From: Negaprion brevirostris
Taxonomy: Eukaryota
DNA: 64,000 nt
Reading direction: 5' to 3'
Assembly: GCA_030324005.1 (NCBI GenBank)
Contig: JARDVH010000132.1
Coordinates: 48,977,890-49,041,889 of the forward strand
Shown piece by piece: positions 25,027-36,750 of this stretch (position 1 is its first letter; each line of letters begins with the position of its first letter). A program made the translations under genes and the position numbers. The notes beneath the pieces are model-generated. The model ran no database searches. It worked only from the letters and a program-made list of their open reading frames with translations, and was not told the origin of the DNA.

Positions 25027-25276
25027 AAATTCAGATGTTTCATTCAGATGTTTCCTGAAACTTAATATACTTCTGTTATGTCCTGATGTATTGTAAACTA
25101 CTGCATTATCTTATCTCTGAAACTGTCTCTAGTGACACCAGAAATCTTATGTAGGTACTTCATTCAAAACTATCAAACGCCAAGCCATACAGTTCAGTGT
25201 TAGTCAATTAAATTACTGAAATTTATAGATAAATTTTTCAGTGCCAATATATTAATCTTTTCTACTTGTAATTCAG

Positions 25277-25412
25277 TTGCAGGCAAAAGTCAAGATGTTG
25301 TCCTCATCGAGTAGGATTTCAGCTTTTGAACCTAGACACCCTCTGGAAGCAGACGTTCAAGAGACTGGGATTGATCCATTACAAAATGAACTGGTAAAGG
25401 ATGGCGACAATG
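25277..25412 (+). CDS. Candidate exon of an unidentified host gene (LQAKVKMLSSSSRISAFEPRHPLEADVQETGIDPLQNELVKDGDN)
   Basis: Acceptor ttttctacttgtaattcag (alternative AG 6 nt downstream, same frame); strong donor ATG|gtgagt at 25413; only one frame open throughout; non-repetitive. No homology recognised. Confidence 0.4.
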
Positions 25413-26410
25413 GTGAGTTAAAAAATCCTGCGGTAGCACTTTGATCTTGCCTTATATCCAGGAAAAACAGAGCAATGGGTCGTTGTTGCACACTGTTAAA
25501 ACTTTAATAGTATTTAAGATTCTATCTCTTTGTTAATATTTTGCTTCTCGTGATGTTAACTGCAAAATGTGAGAAGTGTGAATATATCAGAAAGCTTTTT
25601 GCAAGAAAATATTTTTTGAAATGATCCTTCACAACAACTTACTTTCAAAGTGCATGATATGTCCACTGTGAACAGCTTTGGATATCAATCCTGCTCAAGA
25701 ATTTAAGAACAAAGAACAACACAGTACGGGAAACTGGCCCTTCAGCCCAACAAGCCCGCGCCGCCAAGTTGTAACTGATCTCTAACAGGATGGTTGTTTT
25801 GATTGGCAAGAATGCAGAGTTCTCAAGTTGTGTTGCTTGAGATTAGTTACAACTCTTCAGCAACAAGAGGCTGCAAAAATATCATTCCAAATAATTATAC
25901 TAACATAATTATGGGGCACAGCTGAATCTACTCTATTTAGTTAACTACATGAAAGCGACCAGAGTATTCTCGCTGTAGAAATCAGTTGCCGTCTGAATGG
26001 TTCCATTGAATAGCAGTGTTTAAATTTTCCAAATCAATTAATATATATGTAAACAGAATCCTATTAACTCCTTACGTGATACAGTGTTCATCCATTTATT
26101 ATGGAGTCCACAAGATAATGATCTGCTAAATAATCCGATTTTCATAAATATTTTACATACGGCTGAGTTCTAAGTTGCTTGAGACTAGTTATANNNNNNN
26201 NNNNNNNNNNNNNNNNNNNNNNNNNNNNNNNNNNNNNNNNNNNNNNNNNNNNNNNNNNNNNNNNNNNNNNNNNNNNNNNNNNNNNNNNNNNNNNNNNNNN
26301 NNNNNNNNNNNNNNNNNNNNNNNNNNNNNNNNNNNNNNNNNNNNNNNNNNNNNNNNNNNNNNNNNNNNNNNNNNNNNNNNNNNNNNNNNNNNNNNNNNNN
26401 NNNNNNNNNN

Positions 26411-26585
26411 TACTCGCTACTCTTCTTGTTCTTCTTCTGCCTTTTCTCAGTCTCTGCCATCCAGGTTCTCTACCTTTCCCCCACTTCCCTTTCCACCTCA
26501 ATGCCTCTCACCATTTTCATTCATTTGTCCTCTTAATTCACTCCATGTCACTCTCTCCCCTCATTTTTAACCACCCCCTCCCTTT
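26411..26585. repeat. Pyrimidine-rich low-complexity tract next to a gap
   Basis: C/T-rich plus strand. Confidence 0.6.
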
Positions 26586-27377
26586 GTAAGGGATGGTAAA
26601 AATTCATAGAATAAAAAAAATCCACCACAGTTGCAAAATTGATACTTATTTTACTAACCCCACACCCCCACAAAGACTCTTGTTTATGTAATCTATCTCT
26701 AAAGTAACTGAGCTGTTGGTCTTTTGTAATCAAGCCACGAAAAGGACGAAATCCAAAAAGAAATTTTAATTGTTGTAAAAGAGTAAGCACAAAGTTTCTT
26801 TGGGTTTGCCTCAAACTCAAGTAAATTATATACTGCAGATGCTTGTCTGAGTTTGGTAATATTGGAGAAGTTTATGGAACATAATCTGCTATGTGGATTG
26901 TTTGCTATTGTTTGTTTCTTTTTAATGACCTAAGTTCTAGATTAGACCCGTTGTCTATTTATGATTTACTCTTCAGTTATCTGTAGGCTATGCCAACATA
27001 AAGGATGTATGATTTCTAATTAGAATATCACAAAATAATTATGGATGAGAAAGACCATTCAATCCTCCATAGTACAGTCATTCAGAAGGTCCCACAGTCT
27101 GCCCATTTGCAGTACGAAATTGTTTGGTTCTTAATTGATTCCAAGAATTTTGCCTCCCATGCTCTGGGATGCCATTCCATATCAGGATTATCCCTACATG
27201 AAAAATAAGTTGAAGAATCGAATATCAGTTTAAAATGTTGCCATTGCTAGATACCACAGCACTTAAGGCTGGAGGATTTTCACCCCTATTTGTTAATCTA
27301 TTTGTAAACAATATATCAAATATTAATGGACGTATTTCAACAAAACTTGGTATGGCCCAATGATTAGTTTTTATATT

Positions 27378-27860
27378 GCTGGAAAAAGTAACATGTTGAA
27401 GCTTTTCATCTTAAACTCATCAGGACACTTCGCAAGAATATGCAGCATATAAGGAAAAAACAACAATTCATACAATATGAGAAAAGAATGCTGATTGGTT
27501 AGGAAGTGGACTCTAATGAGTAGGAGTCATGCAATGGAAAATGCTCCAGTTAATGATAATTTACAGTTAACTGCCAAGCATGATTTGAAATTTAAGTCAG
27601 GCAGTTGACCCTGATTAGTCAAGGTATTTCCCTGGGTAGTGAATCAACAAAGCAGGTGCAATGCGTGTACATGTTCTTTCTTCTGCAAAGAACTGGGCCT
27701 GTGTAATAATATATGTAGCTTCCAGTACATGCAAATGTACCACACTGTGAGCCAGACTGACGATCTTAAATCGATTGCCACTGTAATTATTTGCACACTG
27801 TAGATTGTTGAGGAAATGTTTTCCAATCCCGGAATCACATCTAACGTTCAACATTATGTT
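27378..27860 (-). mobile_element. PLE family B 3' end with GIY-YIG C-terminus and hammerhead motif (27393-27428)
   Basis: VRCDSGIGKHFLNNLQCANNYSGNRFKIVSLAHSVVHLHVLEATYI; minus strand GTGTC-CTGATGA-GTTTAAGAT-GAAA-AGCT-TC-AACAT. Confidence 0.8.
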
Positions 27861-27965
27861 TTGAATTTTGCAAGCATGGGCTGGCAGTGTATGGTCTACA
27901 TCTTGCTCATTGCGAATAGTGGCTGGGACACACTGATGAGATTCTCCAAACTTTGAGAGACACAG

Positions 27966-28372
27966 TCTATGAAAGGGATGGATAGGGTAGAGGTAGAGAG
28001 ATTCTTCCCGCTTAGAAAGGATAGCNNNNNNNNNNNNNNNNNNNNNNNNNNNNNNNNNNNNNNNNNNNNNNNNNNNNNNNNNNNNNNNNNNNNNNNNNNN
28101 NNNNNNNNNNNNNNNNNNNNNNNNNNNNNNNNNNNNNNNNNNNNNNNNNNNNNNNNNNNNNNNNNNNNNNNNNNNNNNNNNNNNNNNNNNNNNNNNNNNN
28201 NNNNNNNNNNNNNNNNNNNNNNNNNNNNNNNNNNNNNNNNNNNNNNNNNNNNNNNNNNNNNNNNNNNNNNNNNNNNNNNNNNNNNNNNNNNNNNNNNNNN
28301 NAATGGCGGGGCAGGCTCGAAGGGCTAGATGGCCTACTCCTGCTCCTATTTCTTATGTTCTTATGTTCTTAT
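27966..28372 (+). mobile_element. Young CR1 3' end spanning a gap
   Basis: MKGMDRVEVERFFPL; tail ggctcgaagggctagatggcctactcctgctcctatt(tcttatgt)n. Confidence 0.85.
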
Positions 28373-28545
28373 GTCTGCGTGGGGTTCCTCTGGGCGCTCC
28401 AGTTTCCTCCCACAGTCCAAAAGATGTGCTGGTTAGGTACATCGGCCATGCTCAGGCGCTGAAGTGTGGCGACTAAGGGATTTTCACGGTAACTTCATTG
28501 CAGTGTTAATGTAAGCCTACCTGTAACACTAATAAATAAACTTTA
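28373..28545 (+). mobile_element. V-SINE 3' half with the alternative (Rex-like) tail
   Basis: V-core gtttcctcccacagtccaaaagatgtg; tail ttttcacggtaacttcattgcagtgttaatgtaagcctacctgtaacactaataaataaa. Confidence 0.85.
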
Positions 28546-28954
28546 AAATTTTGTCCGGAATATAGATTCTAGGAGTTTCCCGACTACTAATGTCAGATGA
28601 CTGATCTGCAATTGTCAGTTTTATCCTTGCACCCCTTTTGGGCAAGGGAATTCATTTAAAATTCCCCAGTGCTGTGCCACCATCCCTATGTCTAAAGAAG
28701 ACAAGAAGATTATCACTGGTGCCTCTGCAATTTCCAATCTCACTTCCCTTTGTACTTTCGGATGCATCTGGTTCTAGCATGTTATCAATTTTAAAAAAAA
28801 ACCTCCAGCTGCTCAGTTGTAAACTCTTTGAGTGTAACAATTATTTCTTCTCTCTCTCTGTCTTCAGCCCAGGTAGCATCTTGTTCCTTTGTAAATACTG
28901 ATGCAAAGTACTTGTTTAATGCCTCCACTTTTTCTTTTGCTTTCATGTGCAAGA

Positions 28955-29575
28955 TCAAGGAAGTACTTTTGAAGTGTTAATTGTAATCTAGGAAATGGGA
29001 GAGCCAATTTGTGCACAGTAAACTCCAACAAATAGCAGTGTGATAATGACCAGCTATTCTGGATTTTATGAAGTTGATTGACGGATAAGCATTGACCAAG
29101 GAGTCTGGGGATAACCCTTGGAGGTACAGTGGTTAGTTTCACAGCATGAGGGGCCCAGGTTTGATTCTAGCCCTGGGTGACTGTCTGTGTGGAGTTTTCA
29201 TATTCTCCCTGTGTACATGTAGGTTTCCTCAGGGTGTTCTGGTTGCCACTCACAGTGCAGAGATGTGCAGATTAATTGAATTGGCCATGCTANNNNNNNN
29301 NNCTTTCTGTCCCAAATGCACAGGTTAGGTGGACCGGCCGTAGTAAATTGCCCCTTTGTGTCCCAAGGTGTGTAGGTTAGGAGGATTATTGGGTTAAATA
29401 CATGGGGGTAGGATCTAGGTTATATGTTCTTTTAGCGAGCTGGTGCAGTCTCAGTGGGCTGATTTGGCCTCTTACTGCATTTTAGGAATTCTAATGAATA
29501 CCCTTTCCACCTCCAGCAACCCACCTGCTCCTCTTTGAAATAGAGCCACGGGATCTTTTGTATCCATTTCAGAGG
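28955..29575 (-). mobile_element. DeuSINE-like (SacSINE1/AmnSINE-type) remnant split by an HE1 SINE
   Basis: aagtacttttgaagtg...tgtgataatgaccag...ggggataacc [insert] cctgctcctctttgaaatagagccacgggatctttt; homologous to 53545-53865. Confidence 0.65.
29121..29495 (+). mobile_element. HE1-type V-SINE, diverged
   Basis: cagtggttag A-box remnant; gactgtctgtgtggagttt V-core; CR1-type tail. The ttggccatgcta segment is internally repeated around a short gap. Confidence 0.85.
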
Positions 29576-30249
29576 TTGTCCTAATTCCTGTTGCTATCCT
29601 GGCTTTTGCTCGATTGAAGATGCCAGGCCATCAGTTGGTAAAGCAGTGAGATGTTTGTCTAATGGGAGTGAAGGAGTTGTCTTGCATCTTCACAGCAAAA
29701 TCTAATTATTAGAAGAAGAATAGTTTTCATATTACTTCTGGAAATGGGATGAAGCGATGGAGAGTATCTCCTGTGTACATATTTAATCTAATAATAACTA
29801 TGGAAAATAGAACTCAGTGTCCTGGATTTTAGGACCATTGGATTTGGAATATATGATTATTTTCTAAAGTTGTTTTCTGTACGTGCTGTTCTACTTGTAG
29901 GTCTGTGTTTCAGTTATGCGCTTGCAGAAATCATTATCTTGTAATTTTAATATCACAAATAATTGTACTTTGTTCATTATTTTGCCAAAACATCTTGAAA
30001 TAACGGATTGTAATTTGCTGAAAAAGTAACTGCAATTTCTGGAAAAGATACCATATTAGTTTGATGAAAAAGTAACCTGCCCTTGATCTTTATGAAGTTA
30101 CTGCAATTGTATATTGACTGCCCATTAAATACACTAATGCTTTTAGATCCCTTTGAATGATGTGACAATTGTTGGTGTTTGCTGTAAATAGTTAAGAGTC
30201 TGGCATTTCATTTCTTCAGCTGGGAATGAACTTTTGGAGATTTTTAAAA

Positions 30250-31020
30250 ATGCCGCATTGAGTTTTTTACGGTGATGCATTTTGGGAGGACTAACAAGAG
30301 AACACACAATGAACAGGGTGACGCTGAGAAGTAGTACAAAGGACCAGAGGTACCTTTTGATGCATGTCTAAAGATCCCTGAAGGACAAGTAGATAAGGTG
30401 ACTGTGAAGGCATATGCAATACTTTTATTAGTCGATGCATAATATATATGAGCAGGGCGGTTATAAGGAGCCGTATTAGACACTCGTTAGGCCACAGATA
30501 GAGTACTGTGTGCAGTTCTGGTTGCCATACTATGGGAAGGATGTTATTGCACTAGAAAGGGTGCAGAGAAGATTCACTAGGGTATTGCATGGGTTGGAGC
30601 GTTTCAGCTATGAAGCGAGGTTGGAAAGGTTGGGGTCCTTAGAGCACAGAACGCTGAGGGGTACCTCATCTAGGTGTACAAAATGATTAACATATGACTG
30701 ATATGAAGCAGTTAGTAAAGGGGTTAACAACCAGGAACATAGATTTAGGGTAAGGGGCAGGAGATTTAAGGACGAGTTGCAGAAAAACCTTCCCTCCCAG
30801 AAGGTGGTGAGAATCTGGAACTCACTGCCTGAAAGTGGTAGAAGGGGAAACCATCCTGATATTTTATAAAGCATTGAAATAAGCACTTGAAATGCCATAG
30901 CGTACAAGGCTACGGACCAAGCGCTGGAAAATGGGATTAGAATTAGAATAGATGTTTGGCCAGCGCAGACACAAGGGGCTGAAGGGCATCTTTCTGTGCT
31001 GTAAAATTCTATAACTCTGA
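30250..31020 (+). mobile_element. CR1 LINE 3' end
   Basis: gagtactgtgtgcagttctgg (EYCVQFW), ERVQRRFTR, SYEARLERLG; tail gggctgaagggc...gtgctgtaaaattcta. Confidence 0.9.
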
Positions 31021-31204
31021 CGCATTTTTTAAATTTTCTGTCTCCTTTTCTCTAAAAAAATAATGCAATCATCTTTTTCCTTGCTTTACTACACTTTTGG
31101 TACCTAATTTGACATTGAATTCGCCTCAGTCCTTTGTCTCTTGACCTCTCAGTTCTTTAATCTCGTCTGTCAATTCAGGTACCCCAATGGCCTTATTGTT
31201 GTTA

Positions 31205-31745
31205 TCGAGTCATTGAGCAATACAGCGTGGAAACAGGCCCTCTGGCCCAACTGGTCCCTGATGACCATGGTGCCTTCCCAACTAGTTCCAATTGCCCGCA
31301 CTTGGTCCATGTCCCTCTAATCCTTTCCCATCCATATACTTATCCAGATGCTTTGTTGTTGTTGCTATTGAATCTACCTCAACCACTTTCTCTGGCAGCT
31401 CATTCTATATAAGCACCACCTTCCTGCGTAAAGAAGTTATCTGTCCAGCCCCTTTTAAATTTTTCCCCTCTCAACTTAAACCTATGCCCTCTAGTTTTTA
31501 ATTCCCCTTCCCTGGGAAAAGGACTATGAGCATTCATCCTATCTATGCCCCTCATGCTTTTATACACCTCAATAAGGTCACCCCTCATTCTCCTACATTC
31601 CAAGGAATAAAGCCCTAGCTTTGCTAACAGTTCCCTGTAACTCGGACCCGTTAGTCCTGGCAACATCCTTGTAAATCTTCTCTGCACTCTTTCCAGTTTG
31701 TCAATGTCTTTCCTATAACAGAGTGACCAAAACTGTACAGCATGC
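31205..31745 (-). mobile_element. CR1 LINE 3' end
   Basis: ORF 31400-31777: VQFWSLCYRKDIDKLERVQRRFTRMLPGL...MRGDLIEVYK...TRGHRFKL. Confidence 0.92.
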
Positions 31746-33846
31746 TGCATGTTTTGAGCTTGCACATTCTGTAACAAACATGGAAAACAATTTTAATTTG
31801 CTCCAGTAAATTCCAGTCCCATATTGTAAATGCTAGCTTTGTTCTGTTTAATAGAGGATGATTCTTGAGAATGAAAAATGTTTATTAGAAATTGTTTTAA
31901 TGCCGGATATTACTTTCTCTTCTTCTCTCTTTTTTCCTTTCATCAGCAAATGAAGAATTATAATCTTCAGAAACCATTTCATTATAATTTAAATAAGTAA
32001 CTGTCTTATTTCAAATATCATAGTCCTGTAAGTCATGGTTATCTATCAAATAAAGTCTAGGAAGAATGTTCAGCTTTGCAGTGTACTATATTTGTAGAAC
32101 CCAGGTGCAGAATGAATCATTTATGCACTCAATAAATTTGAGCATTTTGACTGGTGACGTTCTCTCGTGAAAAAAATAAACTCATTGCGTTACACAAAGT
32201 TATTAACACTGAATTGATACTTACAAGTGTCATTAATACATTTACCACAAATGTTCATTAACAATGTAAATTTATGCTGATGCACTCTGAGATGAGGTAG
32301 TGACTAATGACTTTAAAGACTAATGGCACTTAAAATGGGTAGAAAGTTTAGATAGCAAATCTTCCAGGATAAATTAATCAAGGCCTGTATTCAACTTGGT
32401 ATCAAAATATCTCTGTATACAACAAAGCAGCTGTTGTTAGCACAAATTTGACGTCTAAAATAACACTTAATCAAAGTCTAAAATTCTCTGGACTGTTTAT
32501 CCAGATGTCTAGAAACGAATATTGATTATTTTCTTGATTGAACACACAATATTGAATATGGGCATTGGTGAGTTAAAAGTTTATAGAATAATATAGCATA
32601 GAAAGAGGCCAGATGGCCCATTGTGCCTGTACTAGCTCTTTGAGAGCTATCCAATTAGTTCACAAAGGTTCACATGCTGGAATGGTTGGTTCTTATCCTT
32701 AGATTTTAGATTTCAAGTTTTAAATCTTTGATAGTTTTTCGGTGATTTTGGCACAGTTAGATACACTGCCTTCCCCTCCAATTATAGGCTGCTTTGTGCT
32801 CCCATCACAGCTGGTCATGCTAGGAAGTTGTGATCCACTGAGCTGAATGATTACTAACCAGTTACAGTGGTCATGAGAATTTCAGTAAAAATGGGCCATA
32901 GTTTCTTGGTTCCCCAGCATCGCATTTGGGAGGTACTCCAGTGATGCGCTGGGGAATCCTGCCAGGAAGTTCAACTGTAAGAGTTTATCCAGCAATTGTC
33001 CAGAAGCGCTGACTCCCTCTGGACAATTGCACTGGGCTAGGAACCATCTGATAGAAGCGATTTAAATGGCTAACTTTAGATGGTTCTGCCAGTTTTACCC
33101 TGATAGCTGCTGGAGTTTAGAAGGAAGAACGTTCCTTCTAACTCCAGAATAACTCTGTAAACATCCAGACACAGGCTTGCAGAGCTATTTCATGAGTAGC
33201 AGCATTATTGTTCACAAACCCATACAGAAACTGGAGAGGTAAAAGAGATCAAAAATTGAACAGAATACTGTTACAGTGAGGAAGATTTCAGAAATGAAAC
33301 AACAGATAATCAGAGTAATAAAAAAAAAGGCATGGAGGACAAGTATGATTTTAGGAAATTGATGCATAATTTTTGTTACGAGAAGACATCTGAAAGCAGA
33401 TTGTTTGAAATTAAAAGCCAAAACTGTAGCTTTTGTGGATATGCATAAAGTGACGACAGCAAATGGTTTTCTGTAGGTACGGCTTGTAGCAAACCAGTAG
33501 CTTCAAATGTATTTACTATCAAAATATATCAGATTGTCAAGGATTATATGGAGTTTGTGTTCAAGGAAGAAGCCTCCAAATTTTTGTGCAGTAAAGCAGC
33601 CAAATCAATTAATATTCTTAGATCTGAGATCAGCTGAATTGCTGATGGTGGTGGGTGAAGGGAATATCCCTCCGTTTAATATGTTGATTAAAGATGTTAA
33701 TAGAGGTTATCGACCCATTTTATTGTATGAAATGCGGTTTAATTTCCAGTATTGTAGTTGTGGGAATTGTGTCAAAGTTGCCTATTAATGGTGTTGATTT
33801 TGTACTTGGAAATGATCTCTTGGAAATGAAGTACTTCTGTTTTCAG

Positions 33847-33903
33847 TGATGTCAGCCACATCTTGTAAAGCTGTTGAATTTGAAAGTCTACAGGGGGAAT
33901 CAG
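33847..33903 (+). CDS. Weak candidate exon ([V]MSATSCKAVEFESLQGES[G])
   Basis: Acceptor gtacttctgttttcag; 57 nt, phase 1-1, compatible with the phase-1 end of 25277-25412. Donor CAG|gtggct is weak. Confidence 0.2.
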
Positions 33904-34094
33904 GTGGCTATTTGAATTCCTGCTATGAAAATTGCTTCAACTAAAGATAAGTCCAGAGACTAAAAATCTCTGAATGCTGAGGTTATGGAGAACTTGGAAC
34001 ATCAGTGCAAGAGGAATTAAACCTGCAGATACAACCTAAGTAACCAATATCAAGGCAGAGAGCACCAGCACATAAAGCTTTCATACATTTTTGG

Positions 34095-34388
34095 GATATA
34101 TGTGTCACTTATTGTCCATCCCTAATTACCCTTGGACTGAGTGCCACTTTAGAGGGAAGTTAAGAGACACCCACATTTCCATGTATCTGTAATCATCTGT
34201 AGGCCAGACCAGGTAAGAATGGCGGATTTTGTTCCCTGAAGGACATTAGTGAACCAGACGAGTTTTTACCCAATTTGCCGTGGTTTCATAGCCATGTTTA
34301 GAGTTTTAAATCTAGATTTTATTGAACACAGAATATTACCCAGCTCTCTGGATTACTAGTCAGTGACAATACCAGTACACATCACCTC
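34095..34388 (-). mobile_element. tRNA-headed bipartite SINE related to family T LINE
   Basis: Head and body match 44480-44613 plus 45331-45470; joined directly to the family T tail (caagggtaattagggatggacaataa). Confidence 0.7.
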
Positions 34389-35229
34389 AACAAATGATGG
34401 AACAAAGGAAAGTATGGTTGTGAAAGTAAGAGACTGAGTTACAAGTAACAACAAATACTGCTCCCATTGAATTACAGGAAAGGATTTGTGTTCTTAAACG
34501 TAAATTAAGACTCCGGAAAGGTAAAGTTGTTCCTCTCGAGATAAGAATTTGACAAGGCCCACATGAATGGGAAAATGAAAAGCAAAAAGAAATCAGAAAA
34601 TTTTGTAAACTGGCTAAAACAGAGTATTAGGATATTCTGTCTGAATGTCGACATCACCTTAATGTTCTTAGAAGTTCAGGGGTGGGGGAGGGGTGCGGCC
34701 CTCCTTTGGTGCTGGCTTTCCAGTGGTGCAGCGTTCCTTCAAGTCATGGAAGCCACCGAGGTGAGCCAATCTGGGCAGACAGGGTGACATCAACCAGCCC
34801 GGCCAGGCAAGGCCCGTGATCATTCCAGTCAGAACCAAAGGCAAAGAGAGAAACTTTCTGCAGAATTCTTTCTGTGTGAGCATGAACAACAGCCCGCCTG
34901 TCTCCTTTCCTAGGGTGGAAAGGGCAAGCCCACTGAACAAGATGAAGATTGCCGAAGGAGGGAGGAAATTCAAGGAGTTGGTTCCTTTGCTACTGCATTA
35001 TCAGGACTGAACGATTGTGTATACCCATTGTTCAGTATAAATGACATCTGAATTAAAATTCCTATTTAATGTTTTGGTTAATCCTTCTGCAGTTACAAAT
35101 AATGTCACATTATGTAAATTATGTTGGATAATACTATTGAATCACTTATTGAAGTATTTGATAAGGTAGCTCATGGGGCGTGATAGAAAAAGTCAGGCAT
35201 TTGGATAGCAGCATGAACAAAAAGTTTGT

Positions 35230-35880
35230 TGCTATCTCTATTTTCTTGCATGCCCCTTTCAAGAAGATCTTATACATTTGGTTGATCTCCTGCTCCATTA
35301 AAGCTCTCCCTTAGCCTTTTTGCCTTTGTTATCTATCATCCCCAGCTCCAAATCACTTTGAAAATGCTGCTCACCCATTCTGTCCACAGCTTCCTTTATC
35401 TCTTTATAATGTTGTTTCTATGCACAACAATGAAATGAGTCCCAAATGGCATTTTCTGTGATTTTGACCATGATGTGTTGCTCTTTGTCATGCCCCGGTT
35501 TCTCTGTGATTTTCAACACAGTTGATTGTACTCTGCTGTTGCAAAATTACTTTTCCTCCTTTGTTCTGCCCTCAGACTGTCCACATTTAGTTTTGCTCTT
35601 ACCTATTCAATTATAGTGAGAGCATCTCTGAAATGTCTTCTGTTTCCTCCCCTACAGCACAAATCCCTGATACTTGAAGGTTCATTCATTCTTTCCTTCT
35701 ATTTGTTTGTTTACCTACTACTGCTTCACAATGCTATCTGAAGACTGGGGCTCTGCTTTGACATACGTGGTGATGACATCCAACCTTGACGCCATCATCT
35801 TTGGTCTTGAGCTAAGGTTCTACATATATTTCCTTTTGTCACAACACTTTGTACTTCCATTTATATAACAGTACTGTCTC
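35230..35880 (+). mobile_element. Degraded L2 RT fragment
   Basis: Eroded HSTET...ILCDFD...SAAFDTVD-like segment (cacaacaatgaaatg...tgtgattttgac...ttcaacacagttgat). Confidence 0.5.
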
Positions 35881-35949
35881 CATTCCACATTGGTCCATTT
35901 GTAGATGAAATCATTATGCAAACCTTATCATTGCATAATTTATTTAGAC

Positions 35950-36286
35950 TTAGAATCCCTACAGTATAGAAAGAGGCCATTTGGCCCATCGAGTCTGCAC
36001 TGACCACAATCTCACCCAGCCCTACCCCCACATCCCTACACATTTTACCCACTAATCCCTCTAACCTATACATCTCAGGACACTAAGGGGCAATTTTAGC
36101 ATGGCTACTCAACCTAACCCGCACGTTTTTAGACTGTGGGAGGAAACCGGAGCACCTGGAGGAAACCCACGCAGACACGAGGAGAACGTGCAAACTCCAC
36201 ACAGACTGTGACCCGAGCCGGGAATCGAACCCAGGTCCCTGGAGCTGTGAAGCAGCAGTGCTGACCACTGTGCTACCGTGCCACCC
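35950..36286 (-). mobile_element. Full-length HE1 V-SINE
   Basis: Pol III A box TAGCACAGTGG (36265-36275), B box GGTTCGATTCC (36221-36231), complete V-core and CR1/HER1-type tail. Confidence 0.95.
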
Positions 36287-36519
36287 GTGACTACACCTCA
36301 ACATGCTCCCATTGAGTGTAAAATACTTGGAGCTATTCAGCAATGTGTAAATCTTCCTTTGAAGACCAGCCTGGATTAAATACCCCTGGACAAACGGGGA
36401 ATCTTTTTTCAGTCCTACCCACTGAGACACGACTGACATTCAGACAGGACAGACTATCATTAAATGGATCGGGATGGAAGCAGAACTTAATAACACACAA
36501 ACTGGGAAAAGGGCACCCA

Positions 36520-36750
36520 TTATAGAATCACTACAGTGCAGAAGGCGGCCATTCAGCCCATCGGATCTGCTCCAACCCAGGCGGCACCATACGCATACAC
36601 ACGGGTCAAGGTAGGTGTAGGAAAATGCTTTGTTAAGATGGCGGCGCGGGCTCATTGGGCCGAAGGGCCTGTTTCCCATGCTGGATTGTTCTTTGTTCTT
36701 TGTTTCTGGCTAGCTAGTGAAGCCCACATCCCTTGAATGAATAAAAAAAA
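36520..36750. mobile_element. Two back-to-back short CR1-type tails plus a family T terminus
   Basis: Minus tail atagaatcactacagtgcagaaggcggccattcagccc; plus tail gggccgaagggcctgtttc..(ttgttct)n; then gcccacatcccttgaatgaataaaaaaaa. Confidence 0.65.

Noticed and set aside
36215-36286. tRNA gene
   Set aside because: It is the tRNA-derived head of an HE1 SINE and continues into the V-core.
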